Part shown: positions 33,668-43,577 of the stretch, in pieces
How the letters are laid out: each line of letters begins with the position of its first letter
How positions within the stretch are numbered: the first letter of the stretch is position 1
Assembly: GCA_047284725.1 (NCBI GenBank)
Contig: JBJBEO010000001.1
Location: forward strand, 1,880,203 to 1,944,202
From: Synechococcus sp.
GTDB taxonomy: Bacteria; Cyanobacteriota; Cyanobacteriia; PCC-6307; Cyanobiaceae
Reading direction: 5' to 3'
Length of the DNA: 64,000 nt
Translations under genes and position numbers: made by a program
Notes under the pieces: generated by a model
The model's input: the letters and a program-made list of their open reading frames with translations, nothing else
What the model was told of the DNA's origin: nothing
The model's database searches: none

Positions 33668-34860
33668 GGTTCTGACCCTAAGGACCCATGGGGTGACGGA
33701 CATGCACCCCGCTGCACGAGCGCATCCATCGCCAGGTCGCATTGCTGCTGCAACGGATCAACACCCCAACCGCGCAGTTGCGTCAGCAGCGCCAAACCTC
33801 CAGCCCCCACCCCTTCCTTGACGTGGCCCTGTTCATAGGCCTGAAGCTGGTTATGGCGACTGTGATGAAAGCGCAGGCCACTGGCAAGAGCGAGCAGAGG
33901 CACCTCCAAGTGGGCGGTCGCGGTCTGAAGCAACTGAGGGAACGCGGCTCCATGTCCCCCCAGCTGTTCGTCGGCCAGCCAGGCCGTTGTGCCGAGCAGC
34001 AACGATGTGGCCATGGCCGCACGATCGTCACGGGGAACCCCATTGAGGGCCAAAGCTGCCACCGCCAGCATCTGACTTCCCCCCGCGAGCAGCAAAGGCT
34101 GCCCGGCCTGCATCGCACCGACGGCCACCCCGGCGGCCAAGGCCTGAAAAGGATCCCCCACGGCGGCGATCAAGGCCTGGGGATTCATCGCTTGCGTCAC
34201 AGGGGCACGCTCCAAACCCTCCGCCACCAGACGTCGCTTCAGTGCCAGCGGCGGATTCAGGGCACTGCCACTCACAAACGCATCCACAGGCATCCCCAAC
34301 CCACGCAGCACCGCCTGGGCCGTGGTGGTGCCGCCCGGCACACACTCAGCCAGCACCAGGGGGCGGCGCAGGCCAGTCCCGAAACGGCGTCCTCGCTCCC
34401 AGAGCTGCGTCACCCGAGAGAGATCCATCGCCCTGCCGCTGCTCAGGCAATCGGCGGCCCCGAAAGCTGGCGCTTCAAAGCGCAGATGGGGGAAAGGGGG
34501 CTGCTGCGCCAAGCCAAGGGCTGCCACGTGAGGCCGCAAGCCAAGACACTGCACAGCCACCCAACTGATCAACGCTGGCGAAACCCCTGCCGGCAAGGGG
34601 GGAAGAGGCCAGCACGGCTGCGATGCAGGGCCCTGCAACAACAACTCCGCATCAGCGATGGCGGTGTAGCGGCGCGATTCAGGCGTGGACCCCGCCGCTG
34701 AGATGCCAGGCACCTCAGCGGTGCGAGTGGCGGCCAGCACCACCAGCAGATCCGGGCAAACGGCCGGATCTGACCAGGGGCTGAGGCGATTCTTAAGGTC
34801 ACGCTCCGACCAGGATCCACCGATCAGCGCACATCCAGTTGGCAGGGCCTGGTGCGCCAT
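33664..34860 (-). CDS. cobT: CobT-like nicotinate-nucleotide:base phosphoribosyltransferase (archaeal/cyanobacterial type)
   Basis: T.TAEVPGISAAG, GVSPALIS, AECVPGGTTTA, LAGGSQMLAV and YEQGHVKEGVGAGG. Confidence 0.85.
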   Translation of the reverse strand: MAHQALPTGCALIGGSWSERDLKNRLSPWSDPAVCPDLLVVLAATRTAEVPGISAAGSTPESRRYTAIADAELLLQGPASQPCWPLPPLPAGVSPALISWVAVQCLGLRPHVAALGLAQQPPFPHLRFEAPAFGAADCLSSGRAMDLSRVTQLWERGRRFGTGLRRPLVLAECVPGGTTTAQAVLRGLGMPVDAFVSGSALNPPLALKRRLVAEGLERAPVTQAMNPQALIAAVGDPFQALAAGVAVGAMQAGQPLLLAGGSQMLAVAALALNGVPRDDRAAMATSLLLGTTAWLADEQLGGHGAAFPQLLQTATAHLEVPLLALASGLRFHHSRHNQLQAYEQGHVKEGVGAGGLALLTQLRGWGVDPLQQQCDLAMDALVQRGACPSPHGSLGSEP

Positions 34861-34869
34861 CGGCTTCCG

Positions 34870-35535
34870 CTAGAGGGGGTCGAGGGCAATCAGACCCTCG
34901 AGGGCCTTGGGCGGTGAAGGCACCGGAGCCTGCAACCGAGGGAAGATCCAATAGGCGAGCGCATGCAAGGCCAACACGTAGATCAGCTGCTGAAACAGCA
35001 CCAACCCCAGAGCCATCAACTGCACCTGATCGAGATCGGGGGCGAGGGAGATGCGAAGGGGGAACTGAAGCGTGGTGAGAACGCTGTTGAAAGAGCCGAT
35101 GAGGCCATTCAGCATGTTGTCACCCGCCCGTGTAATCACGACCCAGAGGTTTTCCCCCACCAACAAAGACAGCGCCACGACCCGCACCAGGAAGCCTGCA
35201 GCACCGATCAGCGTGCCCACACCCCAACTCAACCACCAACTCAGACGTCGCGACCAGGACCATCCCAGCCAGAGAGACAGCAAGGCATAGGGAAAGAGAA
35301 TCAACGGACCGCGCACCGGCCCCATCAGAGCCACCAGCAGCAGGACTACGAGCAACACCCCCTCCACTCCTGCCTTCCAGCCACGACGCAGCAGCAGCAG
35401 CGCCAAGGGCAGGGGAAGCGCCAGCCGAAACAGGGACCCGCCCACGGGCAGGTAATAGAGCGCCAACCACAGCAAACCGGCCGTCGCCGCCAGATAAGAG
35501 GTTTCCATCACCCTCAGGGCCTGACGGCGGCTCAT
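34870..35535 (-). CDS. DUF2232 (YybS-like) integral membrane protein
   Basis: ETSYLAA, LPLPLALL..RRG, LMGPVRG and GENLW; about 6 TM segments. Alternative TTG start at 35559. Confidence 0.8.
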   Translation of the reverse strand: MSRRQALRVMETSYLAATAGLLWLALYYLPVGGSLFRLALPLPLALLLLRRGWKAGVEGVLLVVLLLVALMGPVRGPLILFPYALLSLWLGWSWSRRLSWWLSWGVGTLIGAAGFLVRVVALSLLVGENLWVVITRAGDNMLNGLIGSFNSVLTTLQFPLRISLAPDLDQVQLMALGLVLFQQLIYVLALHALAYWIFPRLQAPVPSPPKALEGLIALDPL

Positions 35536-35555
35536 CCCTGTGCCGGTGGAACGCC

Positions 35556-35999
35556 TCAAGGATTTCCCCCCTGAGGCTCCGGCGTCACCCGCAGTGTCCC
35601 CGCCGGCTTCACCCGTTCGATCGTTTCCACCTCGAAATCAATCCCGGCATCACGCAGGGAGCGGGTCACCACCTCAGCTGGAGCTGAAGGATCAGCGCCA
35701 GAGAGGCGAATCGTGATGCGATAAGGCTGGGGATCCAGGGGCTTGGGATTGGGCTTGGTAGGTACCCGAGGAAGCTGGTCAATGGCGGCAGGGGGCTGAA
35801 CCGGCCCAGACGCGGGAGGGGGTGCCTGGACTGGTCGGCGCTCCGCTGGCGTCGATGAAGCAGGCTTCGGGGCCGTCACTGGTGGCGAGTCCGAGGGAGT
35901 GTCAAAGCTGTCGGCCAGCTGCTGGCCGAGCGGGGTGTTTCCGCAGGCCTGCAGCAACAGCACCGGCAGCAACCAGAGGCCGGAACGGGCCTGAATCAT
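35556..35999 (-). CDS. Putative lipoprotein, Pro-rich linker
   Basis: LLQAC lipobox, Pro-rich linker and C-terminal PQPYRITIRLSGADPSAPAEVVT...FEVETIER. Start overlaps the topA stop. Confidence 0.75.
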   Translation of the reverse strand: MIQARSGLWLLPVLLLQACGNTPLGQQLADSFDTPSDSPPVTAPKPASSTPAERRPVQAPPPASGPVQPPAAIDQLPRVPTKPNPKPLDPQPYRITIRLSGADPSAPAEVVTRSLRDAGIDFEVETIERVKPAGTLRVTPEPQGGNP

Positions 36000-38701
36000 C
36001 AGACATCTCCAGGCTTGATCACCCGCACCGCGCTGGCCCGCAGACGGCCTGTCTTCGTGGTGGCCGGAGGCTTCTTGGCAGCTGGCTTCTTGGCGGCTGG
36101 CTTCTTGGCGGCTGGCTTCTTGGCGGTGGTTTTGCGTTTCGTGGCCTTCTTGGCCGAGGCCTTCGCCGCCAGAAGCTCCACGGCTTCCTCCAGCGTGATG
36201 TCGTCGGCTCCCTTGCCCTCAGGCAATGAGGCATTCACCTTGCCCTGTTTGACGTACAAGCCGTAGGGGCCGTCGTACACCTGAATCGTTTCCTCACTGC
36301 CCTCAGGCTTGCCGAGGTCCTTCAAGGCGGTGCGACCACCGCGCCCCCGTTTTGGCATCGCCAGGAGTTCGAGGGCTCGCGACAAGCCCACCAGCAGCAC
36401 ATCGTCCTCCCCCTTGAGGGATCGGTAGTCCTTTTCTCCCTTGCCCTTGTCCCACACGACATAGGGACCGAAACGACCGAGTCCGGCCTGGATCTTGCCG
36501 CCATCGGGATGCTCACCAAGCAGTCGGGGCAGCCGCAGCAGGCCGAGGGCGTCCTCCAGCGACAGATCTTCCGGCTTGGCGCCCTTGGGTAACGAGGCCC
36601 GCTTGGGCTTTGGATTCTCATCGCTCACCTGGCCCCGCTGGACGTAAGGGCCGTACTGACCAAACAGCAGATACACCAGATCACCCGTTTCAGGGTCTTC
36701 ACCCAGCGCTTCAGGGCCGTCCGCCTTTTGCTTGAGAATCAGTTCAGCTTTCTCGGAATCGAGATCGGCTGGGGTGATCTCCCTGGGCAAGGTCGCCTTG
36801 AGCAGCTCTTCCTCGCCGTCGTCGCCAACACGCTTGGCTTCGAGATAAGCCCCGAAACGACCGATCCGCACCACACAGGGCAGGCCTTCCAGATCAACGG
36901 TGCGGGACGCACCGGCATCGATATCCCCTTCCCGTTGCTGGACCTGGTGTTCCAGGCCTGTCTCACCTTTGTAGAACTCCTCGAGGTAAGGCAGCCACTG
37001 CACCTTGCCATGGGAAATCTCGTCGAGGGTGTTCTCCATCCGAGCGGTGAAGCCAGGATCAACGAGCTCGGGGAAATGCTCTTCCAGCAGGGCGGTCACA
37101 GCGAAAGCCGTGAAGCTCGGGGTGAGGGCATTGCTCTGCAGGGTGGCGTACCCACGGTCCACGATCGTGCCGATGATGCTGGCGTAGGTGGAGGGCCTTC
37201 CGATCCCCTCCTTCTCCAGCATCTTCACCAGCGATGCTTCGCTGAAGCGAGCTGGAGGCTGCGTCTGGTGCCCCAGTGCCTCCACCTTCTGGGGGTTGGG
37301 CGCATCACCGGCTTTCAGCACGGGAAGCAACACCTCCTGGCCCTCGAGAGCTGCATCGGGATCGTCGCTGCCCTCCACGTAGGCCCTGAAGAATCCGGGA
37401 AAATCGATTCGCTTGCCGTTGGCACGGAAGCGCGCATCCGCCACCCCCAGATCAACCGACATCATCGTGAGCCGGGCCTCGGCCATCTGACTGGCAACGG
37501 TGCGCTTCCAGATCAGCTCGTACAACGACAGATCCCGGCCATCAAGGCCTGTCTCTGAAGGGGCTCTGAAACGTTCTCCAGCAGGCCGGATCGCCTCGTG
37601 GGCCTCCTGGGCATTGCGTGATTTGGTGCTGAACTGTCGCACCGACTTGCTGAGGTAGTCCTTGCCGTAACGGGACTCAACGCAGCTTCTTGCTGCACTG
37701 ATCGCCTGCTCCGACAGATGCACTGAGTCGGTCCGCATGTAGGTGATGAACCCCCTTTCGTACAGACCCTGAGCGCAGCGCATGGTTTCCCGCGCCGATA
37801 GGCGCAGCTTGCGATTGGCCTCCTGCTGAAGGGTGCTGGTGGTGAATGGCGGCACGGGACGACGCACCGTCGGTTTCTCCTCCACCGACTCCACGCGCCA
37901 TTCGGCACTGCGCACCTGATCAGCCAGTGTGCGGGCATCATCCTCACTGAGGAGTCTGACGGCACTGCCCTGCTTCAGGGCACCCGTGGTCTCATCAAAA
38001 TCATGACCGGTGGCAATCTTCTGCCCCCCCAGATGACTGAGCTTGGCTTCAAACGCGCTGCCGGCATGGCTGAGCTGTGCCTTCAGATCCCAGTAACTGC
38101 CGCTGCGGAAGGCCCGTCGGGCACGCTCCCGCTGCACCAGCAAACGCACAGCGACTGACTGGACCCGTCCGGCGGACAGGCCCCAGGCCACCTTCTTCCA
38201 CAGCAGGGGGGAGAGGGTGTAACCCACCAGGCGATCGAGGATCCGACGGGTCTCCTGGGCATGCACAAGCTCCATATCGAGCTCTCGGGTGTCATCAAGA
38301 GCCCGTGAGATCGCTTCCTTGGTGATCTCGTGAAACACCATCCGCTTCACCGGAACCTTCGGGGCGAGGAGCTGGAGCAAGTGCCAGCTGATGCTTTCCC
38401 CTTCCCTGTCTTCGTCAGTGGCCAGCAGAAGCTGATCCACTCCTTTGAGAGCGTCCTTGAGTTCTCGAACAATCTTTTTCTTGTCTTTCGGCACCACGTA
38501 AAGCGGCTCGAAATCGGCTTCGGTGTTGACACCGAGATTTGCCCATTTCTGACCTTTTTTCGCCGCCGGAATCTCACTGGCATTGTTCGGCAGATCGCGC
38601 ACATGGCCCATGGAGGCCTCCACGCGGTAGCCCTTGGGGAGGAAACCACGGATGGTGCGTGCCTTCGTGGGGCTCTCGACGATGACCAGTGTGTTCGCCA
38701 C
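35999..38701 (-). CDS. topA: DNA topoisomerase I
   Basis: [34 protein letters not shown] (catalytic Tyr), GIGRPSTY, Topo_C repeats (GRFGPY) and a Lys-rich tail. Confidence 0.98.
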   Translation of the reverse strand: MANTLVIVESPTKARTIRGFLPKGYRVEASMGHVRDLPNNASEIPAAKKGQKWANLGVNTEADFEPLYVVPKDKKKIVRELKDALKGVDQLLLATDEDREGESISWHLLQLLAPKVPVKRMVFHEITKEAISRALDDTRELDMELVHAQETRRILDRLVGYTLSPLLWKKVAWGLSAGRVQSVAVRLLVQRERARRAFRSGSYWDLKAQLSHAGSAFEAKLSHLGGQKIATGHDFDETTGALKQGSAVRLLSEDDARTLADQVRSAEWRVESVEEKPTVRRPVPPFTTSTLQQEANRKLRLSARETMRCAQGLYERGFITYMRTDSVHLSEQAISAARSCVESRYGKDYLSKSVRQFSTKSRNAQEAHEAIRPAGERFRAPSETGLDGRDLSLYELIWKRTVASQMAEARLTMMSVDLGVADARFRANGKRIDFPGFFRAYVEGSDDPDAALEGQEVLLPVLKAGDAPNPQKVEALGHQTQPPARFSEASLVKMLEKEGIGRPSTYASIIGTIVDRGYATLQSNALTPSFTAFAVTALLEEHFPELVDPGFTARMENTLDEISHGKVQWLPYLEEFYKGETGLEHQVQQREGDIDAGASRTVDLEGLPCVVRIGRFGAYLEAKRVGDDGEEELLKATLPREITPADLDSEKAELILKQKADGPEALGEDPETGDLVYLLFGQYGPYVQRGQVSDENPKPKRASLPKGAKPEDLSLEDALGLLRLPRLLGEHPDGGKIQAGLGRFGPYVVWDKGKGEKDYRSLKGEDDVLLVGLSRALELLAMPKRGRGGRTALKDLGKPEGSEETIQVYDGPYGLYVKQGKVNASLPEGKGADDITLEEAVELLAAKASAKKATKRKTTAKKPAAKKPAAKKPAAKKPPATTKTGRLRASAVRVIKPGDV
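36069..36126 (-). repeat. 15-bp tandem repeat (~4 units) encoding AKKPA repeats in the TopA C-terminus
   Basis: GGCTTCTTGGC(A/G)GCT repeated on the plus strand. Confidence 0.9.
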
Positions 38702-38839
38702 GGGCGGGAGGTAACCGTCCCCTTCTTTATCGCACCGACGATCCACCTGCAGCGAAAGCACACCTTTTCCCCTCTCGGCGACGGCCTGATTCGGCGACGC
38801 CGCTACAGTCTTCCGGTCAGGTCTGATCCCGCGAGCGCC

Positions 38840-40411
38840 ATGCCCGAGTTGGGTGCACTGCTTTTCTCCACCCAGCCCATGCCCGCGCCGGGCGAGTTGC
38901 TCAATCTGGCGCTGAACGCTGGGGCCGTGGCCCCCGAAGGCGCTGTGCTGGTGGCGATGCTTGCCACCCTGTTGGTCGACCTCGCCGGTGAGCGAGTCGC
39001 CATCCGGTGGGTCCCGCCGATTTGTTATCTGGGCCTTGGTGGAGCCCTGGTGCTCTTGGCACTGCAGTGGAACACCCCTCTGGAGCCTTCCTTTCTGGGT
39101 GCCTTCCTGTCGGACCGACTCGCGATTGCATTTCGCGCCGTTGTGGCCACATCCACCCTGCTGTCTCTCCTGATCAGCTGGCGCTATGCCGAAAAGAGCG
39201 GCACACCCGTCGGCGAATACGCCGCGATTCTGCTGGCGGCAACCCTCGGCGGCATGCTGCTGTGCGGTGCCACGGATCTTGTGAGCGTGTTTGTCTCCCT
39301 CGAGACGCTATCCGTCGCGAGCTATCTCCTTTCGGGGTACATGAAGCGAGATGCCCGAAGTTCGGAAGCAGCACTCAAATATCTGCTCGTCGGCTCGGCC
39401 GCAGCCGCAGTGTTCCTCTACGGAGCCTCACTTCTTTACGGCCTCAGTGGATCCACGAGCCTTGAAGTGATTGGGGTGGCCCTGATCAACAGCCCAACCC
39501 CATTGGCAGCGTTGGCATTGGTGTTTGTTCTTGCCACGGTGGCCTTCAAAATCGCTGCGGTGCCTTTCCACCAGTGGACTCCGGACGTTTACGAAGGATC
39601 CCCCACACCCGTGGTGGCATTCCTTTCTGTGGGATCGAAAGCCGCAGGTTTCGCGCTCGCCCTTCGGTTGCTGGTGGGCTGCTTTGGCTCCTTCGATACG
39701 CAGTGGAAACTGCTCTTCACTGTGCTGGCCCTGCTGAGCATGACCCTTGGCAACGTGGTTGCCCTGGCGCAGACCTCCATGAAACGGATGCTGGCCTACA
39801 GCTCAATCGGCCAGGCAGGCTTCGTGATGATCGGGCTTGTCTGCGGCACAGAAGAGGGTTTCGCCGCCATGGTTCTGTACATGGCGGCCTACCTCTTCAT
39901 GAACCTTGGTGCGTTCGCCTGCATCATCCTGTTCTCGATCCGCACAGGCAGCGACCGCATCAGTGATTACGCCGGTCTTTACCAGAAAGATCCACTGATC
40001 ACCCTTGGCCTCAGTCTTTGCCTTCTCTCCTTGGGCGGCATCCCACCGATGCTTGGTTTCTTCGGAAAGATCTATCTCTTCTTCGCTGGCTGGGCTGATC
40101 ACCAGTACCTGCTGGTTGTGGTTGGCCTGATCACCTCAGTGGTCTCGATCTACTACTACATCGGTGTGATCAAGATGATGGTGGTGAAAGAACCTCAAGA
40201 AGCTTCGGATGTCGTCAAGTCCTATCCCGAAGTCCAATGGAACACGATCGGACTGCCGTCACTCCGCTTCGCACTCGTGGCTTGCGTCGTGGTGACTGCA
40301 GTGGGTGGGATCCTCTCCAATCCCCTCTTCCAGTGGGCCAACCAAGCGGTGGATGAGACACCCCTTCTCCAGCAAGCCATTGCTCTGTCAACTCAGTACA
40401 CGATTGGCTGA
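38840..40411 (+). CDS. ndhB: NAD(P)H-quinone oxidoreductase subunit 2 (NdhB/NuoN)
   Basis: [41 protein letters not shown] and SLGGIPP. Confidence 0.97.
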   Translation: MPELGALLFSTQPMPAPGELLNLALNAGAVAPEGAVLVAMLATLLVDLAGERVAIRWVPPICYLGLGGALVLLALQWNTPLEPSFLGAFLSDRLAIAFRAVVATSTLLSLLISWRYAEKSGTPVGEYAAILLAATLGGMLLCGATDLVSVFVSLETLSVASYLLSGYMKRDARSSEAALKYLLVGSAAAAVFLYGASLLYGLSGSTSLEVIGVALINSPTPLAALALVFVLATVAFKIAAVPFHQWTPDVYEGSPTPVVAFLSVGSKAAGFALALRLLVGCFGSFDTQWKLLFTVLALLSMTLGNVVALAQTSMKRMLAYSSIGQAGFVMIGLVCGTEEGFAAMVLYMAAYLFMNLGAFACIILFSIRTGSDRISDYAGLYQKDPLITLGLSLCLLSLGGIPPMLGFFGKIYLFFAGWADHQYLLVVVGLITSVVSIYYYIGVIKMMVVKEPQEASDVVKSYPEVQWNTIGLPSLRFALVACVVVTAVGGILSNPLFQWANQAVDETPLLQQAIALSTQYTIG

Positions 40412-41102
40412 AGACCACAACAAGTCATCAAGACAACCTGTTGCACAGCTCCTGGGGGTCAGCAAGGTCTACGGAGAGGGGGCGAACGAGGTTCGCGCCC
40501 TCAATCATCTCGACCTGACGGTCTACCAAGGTGACTATCTGGCCGTGATGGGCGCCAGCGGCTCCGGCAAGAGCACGGCGATGAACATTCTGGGCTGCCT
40601 CGATCGGCCCTCGTCGGGGCAATACAAGCTCAACGGCATCGCCGTTGAGGACGTTGATGACGATGCTCTTGCAGACCTCCGAAATCAGGAACTTGGATTC
40701 GTCTTTCAACAATTCCACCTGCTTCCGCACGCGTCAGCACTGGAGAACGTGATGCTTCCGATGGTGTATGCGGGCATTCATTCCAATGAACGCAGGCAGC
40801 GAGCCGAGGAGGCACTCGTGCGTGTAGGCCTTTCTGAGCGCCTGCACAACAAACCCAATCAGCTGTCCGGTGGACAGCAACAAAGGGTTGCCATCGCGCG
40901 GGCGATCATCAATCGACCAGCACTTCTTCTCGCCGACGAACCGACGGGAGCACTGGATTCAAGAACAACAGAGGACGTGCTCAGCCTGTTCGATGCACTC
41001 CATCAACAAGGCATCACCCTTGTGATGGTGACCCACGAAGATGACGTGGCGAGAAGAGCCGGGAAAACGGTTCGCTTTAAAGATGGAGCCATCGAGCCAT
41101 GA
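40404..41102 (+). CDS. ABC transporter ATP-binding protein (LolD/MacB-like, stand-alone)
   Basis: [33 protein letters not shown] and [12 protein letters not shown] start overlaps the end of ndhB. Confidence 0.92.
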   Translation: MAEDHNKSSRQPVAQLLGVSKVYGEGANEVRALNHLDLTVYQGDYLAVMGASGSGKSTAMNILGCLDRPSSGQYKLNGIAVEDVDDDALADLRNQELGFVFQQFHLLPHASALENVMLPMVYAGIHSNERRQRAEEALVRVGLSERLHNKPNQLSGGQQQRVAIARAIINRPALLLADEPTGALDSRTTEDVLSLFDALHQQGITLVMVTHEDDVARRAGKTVRFKDGAIEP

Positions 41103-41335
41103 ACGGCGGCTATCAATCTGAGAGCACGAAGAGACTTCATGAAATCATCTGAATCAACAACAAGCATGGAGGCTGCCAATTGATTCACAAGCAAAAAGAT
41201 CAGCCGATCCACTCGGCTCCAAGCCTCTCCCCCCAAGGCCGATGATCAGGGCAAAGCGGCCGAAGAACCAACCTTGAGACCAGCACAACCATCTTGCGCC
41301 AGCCACTCGCCAGCAGATGCCATCGCTCCCCAAGA

Positions 41336-41384
41336 CTGGATCAGTAGTCACTGATCCCCCCAGCAACAGTGGCTACTGATCCAG
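41336..41384. repeat. 18-bp inverted repeat with 13-nt loop in an intergenic region
   Basis: CTGGATCAGTAGTCACTG / CAGTGGCTACTGATCCAG; the single mismatch is a G-U pair in a plus-strand RNA. Confidence 0.85.
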
Positions 41385-41840
41385 ATTGACCTCCGACAAG
41401 GAGAGACAAGACGAAAACGGCGAAGACGAGAGCGAGGGAAGGAACCGCCAAACATGAACATATGCAAAAAGCTTTTCAGCGAATTTTCAGCCCCTTCAAA
41501 GCCAAGACTCAGGAAAAGAGTTCTTTTAATCTTGACAAAGGCAAGTTCATGCGTTAAGGGATGAGGCTTGAGTGCGTCAATCGTGGTGATCCAAGCTGTC
41601 GCAAGGCATCTCCCCTTTCCGGCATGAACCTGTGAACTCAACAGCAGCTGTGCGGATGAGCCGAGAGAGCCTGAAGCTTGCGAGCGACGACAGGATCTGA
41701 GAGGCGTTGGCGGGGACGCTTCACGCTCGCCATGGTTCTTCGAGGCTCATGGAAACACACAAAACCACCTCTCGGAACACCAACAACGGAACCAAAGCGT
41801 CGCGACCTTGCTTTAATAAAGAGGGATAAAGCTTCTGTTC

Positions 41841-42578
41841 GTGCCTGAACCGTCTGTACCAAGACTGCGGGTCCTCGTGGTAGAAGACGAGAGCAATTTG
41901 TCCGAGCTTCTCAAACTGGAGCTCGACGTAGAAGGCTATGACGTGGACATCGCCCCAGATGGAGCCTCAGGACTTGTCAAAGCACGATCCGAACCACTTC
42001 CTGATCTGATCGTCCTTGATTGGAACCTCCCAGATTTCTCAGGGATCGATATCTGCCAGCGCATCCGTCGAGGAGGGGTCACCACACCGATCCTTATGCT
42101 GACGGGCCATGACGACATCGCTGACCGGGTGACGGCCCTCGATGCGGGCGTGGATGACTATCTGATCAAGCCCTTCTCGATCGAAGAGCTGATGGCTCGA
42201 CTGAGGGCGATGCAACGCAGGGCTCAGACCTTCTCCAGTGGGAGCGAGCCAGATTCCGCACCAGCGGTGCTATCGGTGGCCGACTTACGCATCGACACCA
42301 GCACCCGCGATGTCAGCCGCGGTGAAGAGACGATTCAGCTCTCGGTGAAGGAATACGAGCTGCTGATGTTCCTGATGCGCTCCGCCGGCAAAGTGCTGGA
42401 GCGGGCTGAAATCATGCGCGGCGTATGGGGCGAGAATTTTTACGGTGACGACAATCTTCTTGACGTCTACATCCGCTATTTACGCCAAAAAATCGAATCT
42501 CCAGAGAGACCCACCCTCATCCACACCGTGCGCGGCGTGGGATTCATTCTCCGAGACTCATCGGATCAGCCGTCCTGA
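41841..42578 (+). CDS. OmpR/PhoB-family response regulator (orphan)
   Basis: Receiver domain with VEDE, LDWNLP (phospho-Asp), MLTG and IKPF; winged helix with LS.KEYELL and DVYIRYLRQK...TVRGVGF. Confidence 0.95.
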   Translation: MPEPSVPRLRVLVVEDESNLSELLKLELDVEGYDVDIAPDGASGLVKARSEPLPDLIVLDWNLPDFSGIDICQRIRRGGVTTPILMLTGHDDIADRVTALDAGVDDYLIKPFSIEELMARLRAMQRRAQTFSSGSEPDSAPAVLSVADLRIDTSTRDVSRGEETIQLSVKEYELLMFLMRSAGKVLERAEIMRGVWGENFYGDDNLLDVYIRYLRQKIESPERPTLIHTVRGVGFILRDSSDQPS

Positions 42579-43549
42579 GGCTTCCGGAGGCTCTCGAGCA
42601 GCTGAGCAACCAGCATCGCCACGGCATCGCCATCTCCAACGCTCAGAGGGTTGAGGTCCATATCGCCGGGATCGACAGCCAGCCAACCACCCGCCTGTGG
42701 TTTGCGAAGCTCGAAATGAAGGTGTGGACCTGTACTGAGACCGGTGCTGCCCACACGACCGATCACCTCGCCCTGACGCACCTGTTGCCCCCCCTTCACA
42801 TAGATCTCGGAGAGATGTCCGTAAAGGGTGCGGCGCTGGGGATCAGCATGCTCCAGCTCAACTGCGATGCCATAGCCACCCGCCAGACCGCTGCTGGCCA
42901 CCGTGCCGGATAACGCAGCCACCACAGGCGTGCCTTCCGGTGCCGCCAGATCCTTCCCGGCATGCATCAACCAGTTGCCCAACACCGGATGTAGACGCCA
43001 GCCAAATTCACTGGTGGTGATGGCTGAACCGATGATCGGGAACAGCAACTGCCGATCACCATTGCCGAGCAGTGCTTGCGGGCGAGGGGTCACAGAAAAG
43101 ACCGACTCCAGACGGAACCCCCGTCCCTCGAGCAACGCCGACACCGGCACCGTGATCGGGGGCAACGGCCTGCCATCCGCCCCACGGCGCAGTGTGGCTG
43201 GTAACCCATTGCCGCCGCGCTGCCTCCAGGCAATCCTGGCCGCCAGACTGCGCCCGGCACCACTGCGAACGGCCACTCCCGAAGCACATTCCTGGGCGGA
43301 AAGGGCACCGCTACGACAGGCCTGCTGCAATCGGGGCACATCAATCGGAGTGCCCATCACCTTGCCCTCAAGCTGCCTGCGCTCGGCAGGCGTAATCACT
43401 TGATTGCGCTCCAGATTCTCAAGCGAGCGATCGAACTGCAACGGCGGAGCCGGAGCAGGCAAGTCGGCTGGCGGCCTGACTGGACCAGGGAGATTGGGGG
43501 GAATGCCAGCCGGAACGGTCAGCAGCCAGACAGCAGCAAGCCAACGCAC
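42566..43549 (-). CDS. M23-family metallopeptidase
   Basis: FGWRLHPV, HAGKDLAAPEGTPV, YGHL and STGPHLHFE. Confidence 0.92.
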   Translation of the reverse strand: MRWLAAVWLLTVPAGIPPNLPGPVRPPADLPAPAPPLQFDRSLENLERNQVITPAERRQLEGKVMGTPIDVPRLQQACRSGALSAQECASGVAVRSGAGRSLAARIAWRQRGGNGLPATLRRGADGRPLPPITVPVSALLEGRGFRLESVFSVTPRPQALLGNGDRQLLFPIIGSAITTSEFGWRLHPVLGNWLMHAGKDLAAPEGTPVVAALSGTVASSGLAGGYGIAVELEHADPQRRTLYGHLSEIYVKGGQQVRQGEVIGRVGSTGLSTGPHLHFELRKPQAGGWLAVDPGDMDLNPLSVGDGDAVAMLVAQLLESLRKPQDG

Positions 43550-43577
43550 AACCGATCGGAATCAATCTCAAAAAACC

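Noticed and set aside
38330..38839. Apparent 170-aa N-terminal extension of NdhB
   Set aside because: It overlaps the topA 5' end on the opposite strand; NdhB-like sequence begins near ATG 38840.
41348..41641. 97-aa minus-strand ORF with a TTG start overlapping the stop of the 31-aa peptide ORF
   Set aside because: Atypical composition and no motif, and it runs across two hairpins. Kept only as part of the intergenic finding.
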